Of a stretch of 64,000 nt of DNA, positions 1 through 9,107 are shown in pieces. The notes beneath the pieces were generated by a model. That model was given only the letters and a program-made list of their open reading frames with translations, was not told the DNA's origin and did no database searches. Position 1 is the stretch's first letter; every line of letters starts with the position of its first letter. Source of the DNA: an uncultured Lachnospiraceae bacterium (GTDB lineage Bacteria > Bacillota > Clostridia > Christensenellales > UBA1242); contig CAYJAP010000001.1 in NCBI GenBank assembly GCA_964368425.1, positions 15,522-79,521 on the forward strand, in the 5' to 3' direction. The translations under genes were made by a program, and so were the position numbers.

Positions 1-92
1 AATCTCTGATAGATGAAGAAAAAGAGAAGGTAGAAAAATACAAGGCCATTAGAACCACTGTAGAGCAATCTCTTGCTAAGTACAAAAAGTAA
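1..92 (+). CDS. 3' end of an unidentified CDS entering from upstream (...SLIDEEKEKVEKYKAIRTTVEQSLAKYKK*)
   Basis: Open frame from window edge (codon phase of nt 3) to TAA at 90-92, followed by hairpin and T-run. Too short to assign a function. Confidence 0.4.
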   Translation, partial: SLIDEEKEKVEKYKAIRTTVEQSLAKYKK

Positions 93-134
93 TTTGAGAA
101 TAATAGGTTAAGTGAGTTATGATAAAATAAGCAA

Positions 135-166
135 AAAAATAAAGTCCGTAAGGACCTTATTTTTTG
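135..166. terminator. Short bidirectional hairpin terminator between convergent genes
   Basis: GTCC-gtaa-GGAC core (144-155) with flanking A/T pairs. A-run on the left and T-run on the right give a U-tract on both strands. Confidence 0.5.
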
Positions 167-172
167 TATGTA

Positions 173-448
173 TTACTCTTTGCTCGCCGTTTTAGTAGTA
201 TTTTGTTGGCTTTTATATAGCTTTAAAGCTTGTGCTAGCTGATCAGGACAGCTGTTAACTCCACGACATTGAATGCCTTCCAAGTCTTGTATCAAGGTGT
301 CAATGTGTTTGCCTATCGCTAGTTTTGACATTCCTCGTGCGTTTCCCGGACAGCCTCCGACAAACTCCAGTGATGTTAATTTATTATCTTTATCTACATC
401 AAAATTAATTTGAGTGGAACAAACTCCTTTTGTTCTGTATCCGTACAT
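173..448 (-). CDS. TSCPD-domain small protein (TIGR03905-like, Cys-rich)
   Basis: 91 aa with a ...NSCPD... motif and conserved Cys pattern. AAGGAGG RBS 6 nt upstream of the ATG. Confidence 0.8.
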   Translation of the reverse strand: MYGYRTKGVCSTQINFDVDKDNKLTSLEFVGGCPGNARGMSKLAIGKHIDTLIQDLEGIQCRGVNSCPDQLAQALKLYKSQQNTTKTASKE

Positions 449-457
449 ATATCCTCC

Positions 458-997
458 TTATTCACTATCTATGAAAGTATCATAGAGTGTTTCAAAAATC
501 GATGGTGCTTGCTCCTTCCATTTTTTGCAGGCCACTATTGCGCTATGACGTGTAGGAGCTTTTAGTTTTATTTCCAGCAATGGTTTATCTACCAGTGGCT
601 CTTTTATCTTTAATATAACTAGGTGAGAGCCATCAACGTTCTTATGGTAATCTGATACATATTCTTGACTTCTTTTGAAAATCATACGGTTATCACGAGC
701 GAAATCACTAATTTCCTCTCGCAGACTTTGTGGAATCCTGGTGAAGAAGTGGGTGAGACAGTTACGTCCTTCATACGTTAAAGCGTATCTAACATCCTCA
801 CTATTCTCATTACCCTTGAAGATGAATCCTACGTCAAGTAGCTGGTGCAATATCTCTTGAAACTCCATATAGTTTAACCAGTTATTTCGACTGGTACAAA
901 TGTCTATGAGGTTGTTCTCAGTTAAAGGGATTTCCATTTTATCCAGAGCGAACAATAGTATTAATTTGTTAACAGTTGTATCGGGTGTAAATTCCAT
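458..997 (-). CDS. DUF4364-family putative transcriptional regulator
   Basis: Sequence MEFTPDTTVNKLILLFALDKMEIPLTENNL... is typical of DUF4364 and is commonly paired with the TSCPD gene. Start moved to ATG 997 (GAAGGA RBS); the track start at 1057 adds 20 implausible residues. Confidence 0.7.
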   Translation of the reverse strand: MEFTPDTTVNKLILLFALDKMEIPLTENNLIDICTSRNNWLNYMEFQEILHQLLDVGFIFKGNENSEDVRYALTYEGRNCLTHFFTRIPQSLREEISDFARDNRMIFKRSQEYVSDYHKNVDGSHLVILKIKEPLVDKPLLEIKLKAPTRHSAIVACKKWKEQAPSIFETLYDTFIDSE

Positions 998-1159
998 AAC
1001 ATTCCTTCTAAATTTATTTGTACACGTAATTTTAACATAATATCTACAAAATTTCAAATAATTATCTTAAGTTCATATTTAATTAATTCTAAAAAAGTAT
1101 AGCTCAATTAGATTGCCAAGATATTTCTAAATGTTGTATCATAAACACAGGAGAAGCTT

Positions 1160-1948
1160 ATGGATATTACAGAGAGAGAACAAAAGAAAATAAAAGATTT
1201 TTTTGACGCATGCAACGAAATGATAGGTGGCAAATTTATTTTGTCAGATATTAAGATATCTAAAATACTTAAATCTATCGCTACATGTGAGACATTATAT
1301 AAACTTTTCGAAAAGAGTTTAATTAACTTTAACTTTGATCGAGAATTTAAAAATGCAAAGGTAACAAACAGGGTTAACGGCGGATACTTCCTTATGCCTA
1401 CTGAAGAAAACAGGATAATAGCTTTAGTGTTTTGCCTGTTACTAGAAGTAGATAACCAGAAGATAAACCTTCAGTCTTTCGTGAACGAAAACTTTTATAA
1501 CGCTGATGGCTATAATATTTCATATAACAATTTTGCAATAAATGTGCTTGTTCCGTTTAAGACTTCTGTAATGAACATGCTTGGCGTTAGTGAAACTGGG
1601 GAGCCTAAACCGGTAGATGAGTCTTTACAACTCACAGTAGAAGAGTTGGTAGATGACGGAGCTAATGCAGAAGGGGAAGACCATCAGACCAAAATATTGT
1701 TAGCAAATTTGCGTATGGCTCTAAACGAACTATACAGTGTTGCCAAGAGAACAAGAAGACTGAACAGCGAACAGAGAGAAGAGTATATCATCGTCCTCAA
1801 TGCTATGCATGAGGCAATAAACATAGGTAACTTGAAGATAATAAATGCGTTGCTTATACCGCTAAAGGAAACATCTAGTAAAGATAAAATGATGGCTTCA
1901 TACTTCAGAAATCTCACTAATTGCATAGTAGATTACTACTACAAATAA
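1160..1948 (+). CDS. Hypothetical protein, 262 aa, no family recognised
   Basis: Long ORF with AGGAGA RBS and its own terminator. Acidic central linker. I see no recognisable motif. Confidence 0.6.
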   Translation: MDITEREQKKIKDFFDACNEMIGGKFILSDIKISKILKSIATCETLYKLFEKSLINFNFDREFKNAKVTNRVNGGYFLMPTEENRIIALVFCLLLEVDNQKINLQSFVNENFYNADGYNISYNNFAINVLVPFKTSVMNMLGVSETGEPKPVDESLQLTVEELVDDGANAEGEDHQTKILLANLRMALNELYSVAKRTRRLNSEQREEYIIVLNAMHEAINIGNLKIINALLIPLKETSSKDKMMASYFRNLTNCIVDYYYK

Positions 1949-1950
1949 CA

Positions 1951-1974
1951 GACTCACGCAAGTGAGTTTTTTTA
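1951..1974 (+). terminator. Intrinsic terminator of the 262-aa ORF
   Basis: ACTCAC-gcaa-GTGAGT hairpin (1952-1967) followed by T7. Confidence 0.8.
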
Positions 1975-2943
1975 TGTAAAGAAGAGAAAGGATAGTGGAA
2001 CGGCTATTATGGTTGAGAGAGCAGCTTGACTTATCTTACTCATGAAATAAAAAGGTATAGACATATCAAACTTTTTTAGAAAAGTAAGGGCTTGCATATG
2101 TGTACATAGACCCCCAAAAGAGATAATGAAGGTAGTGATTATTCCAGCAGTTCTCATAGATATTCCTGACTGACTTGCTGTCAGACATCCGCGAGTAATT
2201 TCAAAAAAGCCACTGCTTATACTACGTAGAATTTGCGAATCTATATTTACAAAGGGGATAAGATTTTTTATAAACGAATCTATGAATGATAGAACATGGT
2301 AGTTTTCCATCATAGAGATTAGTACAAAAAACATGCTGACGTAACCTCCAATCAGCAGGATGCTTTTTATGCTTGACCACATAGTATCTTCTAACAAATT
2401 GTTGCTCATAGTGTGTATTTTAGAACTCGTGTCGGGCTCTTTTTTACCGTATCCTCTGAATAATATACCGTTTAGCAAAGCTCCTATAAAGTGGGCAATT
2501 AAAACCAATATACCTAGCTTCATGTTGAAAAACATGCCGACGCCCACTGTCCCGATAACAAATAGCGGACCGCTAGTGCTGGTGAAAGTAGTTATTTTCC
2601 ACGCCTGTTTTTTTGTGATACTTCCTTGCTCGTACAAATCTGCTGTTATTTTTGCTCCAACTGGGTATCCCGACATGATACTCATAATGTATACGTATGC
2701 AGATATCCCTGGAGTCGCAAATAAAAACTTTGTAATGGGAGAGATTTTTCTACTAAAAACTTCTACCGTTCTGAAGGTCGATAGCAGTCGTGTTAGCACA
2801 AAAAAGGGAAACAACGCAGGTAACAGAGAGGTTGTCCATATACGTAAACCGGTTAGGCAGGCATCCATATTTGATTTTGGATCTATGACAAATAAAACGA
2901 TTACAGTTAGCACCAAAAGAGACAAGATAAGATTCTTTTTCAA
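1972..2943 (-). CDS. ylbJ: Sporulation integral membrane protein YlbJ (nucleoside-recognition/Gate-type permease-like)
   Basis: 323-aa multi-pass membrane protein with the N-terminal motif ACLTGLRIWTTSLLPALFPFFVL. It neighbours patatin-like and tmcAL genes, as in the B. subtilis ylbJ-ylbK-ylbM block. TTG start with AAGGAA RBS. Confidence 0.75.
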   Translation of the reverse strand: MKKNLILSLLVLTVIVLFVIDPKSNMDACLTGLRIWTTSLLPALFPFFVLTRLLSTFRTVEVFSRKISPITKFLFATPGISAYVYIMSIMSGYPVGAKITADLYEQGSITKKQAWKITTFTSTSGPLFVIGTVGVGMFFNMKLGILVLIAHFIGALLNGILFRGYGKKEPDTSSKIHTMSNNLLEDTMWSSIKSILLIGGYVSMFFVLISMMENYHVLSFIDSFIKNLIPFVNIDSQILRSISSGFFEITRGCLTASQSGISMRTAGIITTFIISFGGLCTHMQALTFLKKFDMSIPFYFMSKISQAALSTIIAVPLSFLFFT

Positions 2944-3038
2944 ATCAATTTCCTTTACTTTATCGCGACAGTTTGATAAGATATTTCTGTCTAAAAGGTT
3001 AGTATTTTATATACTATATGTTGTAAGAAGGAGTTTTT

Positions 3039-3830
3039 ATGAAAAAACCAGTAGTAGGATTAGCGTTAGGTGGAGGTGGTGCTCTAGGTTATGCCCACAT
3101 AGGTGTGATAGAGGCTCTGGAAGAAAGTGACATACATGTCGACTGTGTCGCAGGGACAAGCATGGGAGCGATTGTTGGAGGTGCGTATGCGAGTGGACTA
3201 ACTATAGCTCAAATGAAAGCTTTTGCATCAAAAGTCCGCACGTTTGATTTGATCGATTTGAACCTACGTATGGGCGGAGTTCTATCTGGGCGGAAGGCAA
3301 AGGGAGTATTAAAACGTATTATGCCAGACATAAAAATTGAGGAGACAAATATTCCTTTTCGCTGTGTTGCAGTGGATATCTTATCTGGTAAAGAGTATGT
3401 GTGGAAAAAAGGTTCTCTGATACAGGCGGTACGTTCAAGTATGAGCGTTCCAGGCGTTTTCGTTCCAGTTAAACATGAAAAACTTTCTCTAGTCGATGGC
3501 GGAATTGTTAATAATGTGCCTGAGGATGTTGTAAGAGATATGGGTGCAGACATCGTGATAGGCATAGACGTTATAGGAGAATACAAGATGAACAAAGCCC
3601 CGTTGACATCTGTGTCAAACATAGCATCTGCAATGTTTTTAATGCAGTATAAAATTATGCAGTTGACCCCCGTTCGTTCTGATTTACGTATCGAAATACA
3701 ACAAAATAACGCACAGCAATTTATGTTTAATGGAGTGAATGCGGAAAAATCCATTGTGTTGGGAAAACAAGAGACGTTAAAGAACATAGATAAAATTAAA
3801 GAAATGATAAATTCGTTCAATAAAAAGTAA
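3039..3830 (+). CDS. Patatin-like phospholipase (YlbK-like)
   Basis: GGGGALG oxyanion loop, GTSMG (GxSxG) nucleophile and DGG motif. GAAGGAG RBS. Confidence 0.9.
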   Translation: MKKPVVGLALGGGGALGYAHIGVIEALEESDIHVDCVAGTSMGAIVGGAYASGLTIAQMKAFASKVRTFDLIDLNLRMGGVLSGRKAKGVLKRIMPDIKIEETNIPFRCVAVDILSGKEYVWKKGSLIQAVRSSMSVPGVFVPVKHEKLSLVDGGIVNNVPEDVVRDMGADIVIGIDVIGEYKMNKAPLTSVSNIASAMFLMQYKIMQLTPVRSDLRIEIQQNNAQQFMFNGVNAEKSIVLGKQETLKNIDKIKEMINSFNKK

Positions 3831-3842
3831 CGTGAAAGAAAT

Positions 3843-3881
3843 AAAAAGAATAAGTAAGACGCGCATTACTTGTTCTTTTTT
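3843..3881. terminator. Bidirectional intrinsic terminator between convergent patatin-like gene and tmcAL
   Basis: 10-bp stem GAATAAGTAA/TTACTTGTTC (one G-U) with an 8-nt loop. A5 upstream and T6 downstream. Confidence 0.8.
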
Positions 3882-3883
3882 AT

Positions 3884-5140
3884 CTATAATACAATTGTTT
3901 TAGTCATTAAATCAGGGCTGTAGTTAGGAATCTTTTTACTCTTTTTTAACAATAGATTATACACCTGGTTAGCTCTATCTTCTATGTTTACTAATTCGCT
4001 GTAGAGTGGACTAGGATTCTTTTCAATATTGCTATTTCTTATGATAAGGTTTGTGTTAACGCTGGCTGCTTTTAGCAGACCTTTATTCTCAGATTTGAAT
4101 GCCAACACTTTGATGTAGGGTAGTACTTTCACTTCATATATATCTTTGATAGTTTTTGCGTTTATATCTAAAAGCAAGTTCACAACTATTCTTTTTAGAC
4201 GGCTGAAAGAGTATCGTTTCGTTTTAACATCCAAAAGTAATTCATTTAAATCTTTTGTGTTTTTACTTAGTTCGTAGAACCTATTCTCCAATCCTTCGGT
4301 AACATCAAAAGCCTTTTTTAAATCTACCGGCAGTTTTGTTTTTAGCACGTACAAGGACAAGTCGTTAAATAGCTGTCTATCTGGCAAGCCGAAAATATCC
4401 AACTCTTCTTTCAACAACCCATAACATTCTTCGGGAATGTATTTTTTCACCTTCTGAGGTTTTCCAGTTTTGTATAGCAGGGCTCTTATAGCAGTAGCAC
4501 TAGAATCTTTCCCATTCAATTTTGTACTGCTGTACTCCGAATTTTCACGCGTAATATACACAGGTTTTATCTTGCTTTTGGTCAATACTAAAGCCTTAAT
4601 ATACTCTATTGCCAGTATGTTGTTTGGGTGACGTAATATTTCTATGGTCTCAGTAATTCCTCCAGAGAACGATATAGTGTCATTTTTCAACAACTCTTCG
4701 ATTGCTTTCTCTCGACTACTAGCAATTGAATGTCCTTCCTTCAAAAACTTCTTTAACTTTGTTTGATATTCTTTTGGCTCTCTGGCCAGGTACTCTGCAA
4801 GCTCGTATAACAGCTCTTGATTATTTGCCTCACACCCAAACGCTAGGTGAGTGACGTTATCGAACGAGTTCGCGATCTTGACTCCTGCTAACGCAAATAT
4901 CCCAGCGCTACTACATGCGTACGCTGTTGGTATTTGCACTACTATGTCAGCTCCGGCTTCCATAGCCATTTTTGCTCTGACGTACTTATTTACTACACTT
5001 GGTTCACCACGTTGAGTGAAGTTTCCTCCCATGATACAAAGAATAGCATCAGCGTCACTTTTCTCTCTCGCTAATTCTATATGTTTTTTATGTCCGTGAT
5101 GCAGAGGATTGTACTCACAAATAATTGCACAAATTTTCAT
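3884..5140 (-). CDS. tmcAL: tRNA(Met) cytidine acetate ligase TmcAL (YlbM/UPF0348 nucleotidyltransferase)
   Basis: MKICAIICEYNPLHHGHKKH (HxGH nucleotidyltransferase motif), ~418 aa. ATG 5140 is preferred over GTG 5149 because of RBS spacing. Confidence 0.85.
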   Translation of the reverse strand: MKICAIICEYNPLHHGHKKHIELAREKSDADAILCIMGGNFTQRGEPSVVNKYVRAKMAMEAGADIVVQIPTAYACSSAGIFALAGVKIANSFDNVTHLAFGCEANNQELLYELAEYLAREPKEYQTKLKKFLKEGHSIASSREKAIEELLKNDTISFSGGITETIEILRHPNNILAIEYIKALVLTKSKIKPVYITRENSEYSSTKLNGKDSSATAIRALLYKTGKPQKVKKYIPEECYGLLKEELDIFGLPDRQLFNDLSLYVLKTKLPVDLKKAFDVTEGLENRFYELSKNTKDLNELLLDVKTKRYSFSRLKRIVVNLLLDINAKTIKDIYEVKVLPYIKVLAFKSENKGLLKAASVNTNLIIRNSNIEKNPSPLYSELVNIEDRANQVYNLLLKKSKKIPNYSPDLMTKTIVL

Positions 5141-5341
5141 ATTATTCACTACCTAATTTATTTTTTTTCAGTTAAGAATCTGATTCTTTTATTTTACTTT
5201 TACATTTTTATGGTGTATCATTTATAAGAGTTTACATTATTGATACAGAATAAGTATCGCTAATCGCGATTATCATTCGTCCTTTATTATATATAAAAAA
5301 GGGATAAACGTAAAACAAATTTTGAAAATAAAGGAATTTTT

Positions 5342-6325
5342 ATGCTTAAACAATCAAAAAAGGCGGAAATTTTAAAAATATTTAATAAAAGAACAGATAA
5401 AACTATTGTGTTGCCGGAAGCAGGTTTTAGCGATAGAATTGTTAAAGCAGGTATAGAATGTGCTAAAAATAAGATTGCAAATATTGTTTTTCTTGTTAAA
5501 AAGGATAGCGAAGTTGCAGACATGAGTAGTATAAAAAACATAAGAGTAGTTAATATTTTAAAGAGTGATTTGCGTGATATGCTGGCAACCGTTTTAAGTA
5601 TAAAGAGAGCTAGTAAAGGTATGACTCTTAAACAGGCGGAAGAGTTAATAAAAGATCCTATATATTTTGCAACGATGATGTTGGAACTGGGACTGGTTGA
5701 CGGTCTTGTTTGTGGAGCAGAAACATCTACAGCAAATACTCTTCGTCCCGCTTTACAAATAATAAAAGCGAGAGAACCAGAGAGTAAAGTGTCCTCTTTC
5801 TTTTTTATGACAAAGAAGGAGCAGTCTTATCTATTTGCGGATTGTGGGTTGAATGAAAATCCTAACGCAGAAGAATTGAGCAATATCGCTTATCAAAGTT
5901 TTACAAGTGCAAGAGATGTATGTAAGATGACCGATCCTAAACTTGCCTTTCTATCGTACTCTACGAAAGGAAGTGCGGGAGGGGATAGTGCTATCAAATC
6001 CAAGTCGGCCTATGATAACTTTACTAAAAAACATCCTAAGATTATCGCCGACGGAGAATTGCAGGTTGACGCTGCTATAGTTCCGGAAGTTGCTAGAAGT
6101 AAAGCTCATAAGGGTAAAGTTAAAGGAGAGGCAAATGTATTGATATTCCCCGATTTACAAAGTGGAAACATCGGCTATAAATTGGTGGAAAGATTAGGTG
6201 GATTCAAAGCGTTCGGTCCGATTTGTCAAGGGTTCAAAAGGCCTGTGAATGACGTAAGTCGTGGAGCAAGCGTTGAAGATATAATAAATGTTATAGCGAT
6301 TACTGCTATACAAGCGCAACAATAA
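5342..6325 (+). CDS. pta: Phosphate acetyltransferase
   Basis: 327-aa short-form Pta with ...LSYSTKGSAGG... and C-terminal ...DVSRGASVEDIINV... motifs. Immediately upstream of ackA. Confidence 0.92.
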   Translation: MLKQSKKAEILKIFNKRTDKTIVLPEAGFSDRIVKAGIECAKNKIANIVFLVKKDSEVADMSSIKNIRVVNILKSDLRDMLATVLSIKRASKGMTLKQAEELIKDPIYFATMMLELGLVDGLVCGAETSTANTLRPALQIIKAREPESKVSSFFFMTKKEQSYLFADCGLNENPNAEELSNIAYQSFTSARDVCKMTDPKLAFLSYSTKGSAGGDSAIKSKSAYDNFTKKHPKIIADGELQVDAAIVPEVARSKAHKGKVKGEANVLIFPDLQSGNIGYKLVERLGGFKAFGPICQGFKRPVNDVSRGASVEDIINVIAITAIQAQQ

Positions 6326-6345
6326 ACAAAAGAGAAGGAGAAAAT

Positions 6346-7542
6346 ATGAAAATACTAGTATTAAATGCAGGAAGTAGTACGGTTAAATATCAGTTATTTG
6401 ATATGGTAACCAAGGAGGTTATAGCAAAAGGAAACGCCCAAAGAATAGGCGATGCGAAATCTTTTGTTTCTTTCAAGTCTAAAGATTATTCACAAACTGT
6501 TAATAAATTTTTTGTGGATCACAGCGCGGCTCTAGCAGAGATTCTTTCGATGTTAACCAATGAAAAACATGGTGTCATTAAAGACATAAACGAGATAGAC
6601 GGTTTCGGTCACAGGGTTGTACATGGAGGACCGAAACATTTTGATAGTTGCATAGTAGATAATTCAGTTATTAAAGATTTGAAAAATAGTATAGACTTAG
6701 CTCCGTTACATGTTAAAGCACATTTAATGGGATTAGAGGCTTGTAGAAAAGTTGCTAAAAATATACCAAACGTTGTAGTTTTCGACACGGGATTCCACAG
6801 CAAAATGCCAGAGTATGCATACAGATATGCAATACCGAAGAAAGATTACAAGAAGTTGGCGATTAGGAGATACGGCTTCCATGGAACGAGCCATTATTTT
6901 GTTTCCAACGAATGTGCTAGGCTTATGAAAAAACCAGTAGAAAAACTCAAGATAATTACTATCCACTTAGGTAATGGTAGCAGTATGAGTGCAGTAAAAG
7001 ACGGACGTTCTATCGATACAAGTATGGGGTTTACTCCGCTTGAGGGTATGGTAATGGGAACTCGTTCCGGCGACATTGATCCAGCAGTAGTCGGTTACCT
7101 ATGCAAGAAAAAAGGTATAGATGCTGCTCAAGCGATTGATTATCTGAACAAACAATGTGGGTTGTTAGGGTTGACAGGTCTTTCTGCAGATATGAGAGAG
7201 ATTCTGGCTAACATGGATAATCCAGATGTGGCACTTGCATTAGACATTATGTGTTACCGTATCAAAAAATATGTTGGTGCATATGTGGCAGTTCTAGGTG
7301 GAGTTGATGCAATAGTATTCACGGGTGGTATAGGGCAATATACACCGGAAGTTAGAGAGAAATCATTACAAGGGCTAGAGCACATGGGTATAGTGCTAGA
7401 CAATAAAAAGAATTATGGTTGTGAAAGAGATGCTTCAACAGCTATACAATCTAAAAAGAGTAAGGCTCAGATTTGGGTTATAACAACTAACGAAGAGATT
7501 GTTATAGCAGAAGAAACTGTGAAATTAATAAAAAATAAATAA
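6346..7542 (+). CDS. ackA: Acetate kinase
   Basis: MKILVLNAGSSTVKYQLF N-terminus, HRVVHGG and GFHGTSH motifs, 398 aa. Confidence 0.95.
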   Translation: MKILVLNAGSSTVKYQLFDMVTKEVIAKGNAQRIGDAKSFVSFKSKDYSQTVNKFFVDHSAALAEILSMLTNEKHGVIKDINEIDGFGHRVVHGGPKHFDSCIVDNSVIKDLKNSIDLAPLHVKAHLMGLEACRKVAKNIPNVVVFDTGFHSKMPEYAYRYAIPKKDYKKLAIRRYGFHGTSHYFVSNECARLMKKPVEKLKIITIHLGNGSSMSAVKDGRSIDTSMGFTPLEGMVMGTRSGDIDPAVVGYLCKKKGIDAAQAIDYLNKQCGLLGLTGLSADMREILANMDNPDVALALDIMCYRIKKYVGAYVAVLGGVDAIVFTGGIGQYTPEVREKSLQGLEHMGIVLDNKKNYGCERDASTAIQSKKSKAQIWVITTNEEIVIAEETVKLIKNK

Positions 7543-7549
7543 TTTATAA

Positions 7550-7578
7550 TTTACAAACAGAAGTTTATATGATATACT
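7550..7578 (+). promoter_or_regulatory. Sigma-A-type promoter for rpmF
   Basis: TTTACA, 17 nt, TGa-TATACT (extended -10). Predicted +1 is ~7585, 27 nt before the ATG. Confidence 0.55.
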
Positions 7579-7611
7579 TACGAGTGCAAAGAATAATAGG
7601 AGGTGCATAAG

Positions 7612-7809
7612 ATGGCAGTACCAAAGCACAAGGTCTCGAAAGCAAGACGTGATTCAAGAAAGGCAAATTGGAAAGTTTCAACACCTTCTCTAACAGAATG
7701 TCCACATTGCCACGAACTAAAGACTACACACAGAGTATGTAAAAAATGTGGTTATTACGATGGCGAACAAAAGGTCGTAGTTGAGAAAGAAAAGAAAGAA
7801 TCTAAATAA
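7612..7809 (+). CDS. rpmF: 50S ribosomal protein L32
   Basis: MAVPKHKVSKARRDSRKANWK plus a CxxC...CxxC zinc ribbon. AGGAGG RBS supports ATG 7612 rather than 7603. Confidence 0.95.
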   Translation: MAVPKHKVSKARRDSRKANWKVSTPSLTECPHCHELKTTHRVCKKCGYYDGEQKVVVEKEKKESK

Positions 7810-7813
7810 TGAA

Positions 7814-7837
7814 AGACACTCAAGAGAGTGTTTTTTA
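7814..7837 (+). terminator. Intrinsic terminator after rpmF
   Basis: ACACTC-aaga-GAGTGT hairpin (7816-7831) followed by T6. Confidence 0.85.
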
Positions 7838-7941
7838 TTTAATATAACGATTTATAGCTGAAAAAGTTATTAAGTAATTTATATTATTTGCATAATGATA
7901 AAAAAAGTGATATCCTCAGGTTATAGAATTAGGAGAATGTT

Positions 7942-8961
7942 ATGGTAAAAGTTATAGTAGATGGATACGGTGGAGATAATGCTCCAGAAGTAGTAGTGCA
8001 GGGGTGTTTACTGGCGGTACAGAATAACAAAGACTTGCACATTGTGATAACTGGAGATGAAAATAAAATTAAAGAAATACTATCGGGTTATTCTTATAAC
8101 CCTGAAAATTTTACTATTGTTCATACTACACAAGTTGTAGACATTAATGCTTCTCCAAGTGTAGAATTCAAAACAAAGCCAGATAGTTCACTTGTAAAAG
8201 CGTACGAAATTCTTCGTACTCAAGAGGATGTAGTAGGTTTAGTAAGTGCAGGAAGTACAGGCGCAATCTTAGTGGGAGCGTTCCTAAAACTTGGTAGAAT
8301 CAAAGGAGTTAGTCGACCTGCTCTTTGTCCGGTGCTACCAACTTCAGACGGAAAATTCTTCCTACTTTGTGACAGTGGTGCAAATGTGGACTGTAAACCT
8401 ATCAACCTCGTTCACTTTGCTATAATGGCAAATGAGTACGCAAAACATGTGTTTAAGATTAAAAAGCCAACAGTTGGTTTATTAAATATCGGTGCAGAAG
8501 AAGAGAAGGGTAATGAGCAGACAAGAGAAGCGTACCAATTGCTAAAATCGGTTCCAAAGTTGAAGTTTATCGGTAATGTAGAGGGGACGGGGTTAATGGC
8601 TCATGCTTGCGATATAGTGGTGGCAGATGGCTTCGTGGGAAATGCTGTACTGAAAGCTTCAGAAGGTACAATGAAAGCATTCAATGTGATGTTAAAAACA
8701 GAAATCAAAAAGAGATTTTTAAGTAAGATAGGTTATTTATTTATGAAAAAGTCTTTCAAAAATTTCAGAGATAATATCAACAAATACAGTCATCAAGGAG
8801 CTGTGCTGATCGGGTGTAAAAAGCTAGTGGTTAAAGCTCACGGAAATAGTAATGCTAAGACCATCAGTAACGCTATCGGACAGGTAGTAGATATGAGTAA
8901 AGAAAATCTATGTGAAGTTATAGAAAAAGAAGTTTCTAAGTATAGCAAGTCCACTGAATAA
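7942..8961 (+). CDS. plsX: Phosphate acyltransferase PlsX
   Basis: VIVDGYGGDNAP N-terminus, 339 aa, AGGAGA RBS. Confidence 0.93.
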   Translation: MVKVIVDGYGGDNAPEVVVQGCLLAVQNNKDLHIVITGDENKIKEILSGYSYNPENFTIVHTTQVVDINASPSVEFKTKPDSSLVKAYEILRTQEDVVGLVSAGSTGAILVGAFLKLGRIKGVSRPALCPVLPTSDGKFFLLCDSGANVDCKPINLVHFAIMANEYAKHVFKIKKPTVGLLNIGAEEEKGNEQTREAYQLLKSVPKLKFIGNVEGTGLMAHACDIVVADGFVGNAVLKASEGTMKAFNVMLKTEIKKRFLSKIGYLFMKKSFKNFRDNINKYSHQGAVLIGCKKLVVKAHGNSNAKTISNAIGQVVDMSKENLCEVIEKEVSKYSKSTE

Positions 8962-8973
8962 TATGTAAACAGG

Positions 8974-9007
8974 TCTCCTCGTTATGTGAAAAGCGAGGAG
9001 ATTTTTT
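8974..9007 (+). terminator. Intrinsic terminator after plsX
   Basis: 8-bp GC-rich stem TCTCCTCG/CGAGGAGA with a 12-nt loop, then T6. Confidence 0.8.
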
Positions 9008-9107
9008 ATCAAATAACGGCTCTTTTATTAGGTTAATTTAGTTGTCCAAAGCTTAGCCTTTATGGTACAATACTATGTTTACAGGAAATGTGATTCGGAG
9101 GCTAATT

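Noticed and set aside
9075-9107. Longer N-terminal extensions offered by the ORF track: smc 9075, hisS 27845, ruvX 32161, argR 55201, scpA 59503, comM 19715, rbgA 17091, DUF4364 1057, and others.
   Set aside because: In each case a strong RBS and/or a promoter lies downstream of the track start, and the family-typical N-terminus begins at the internal start codon.
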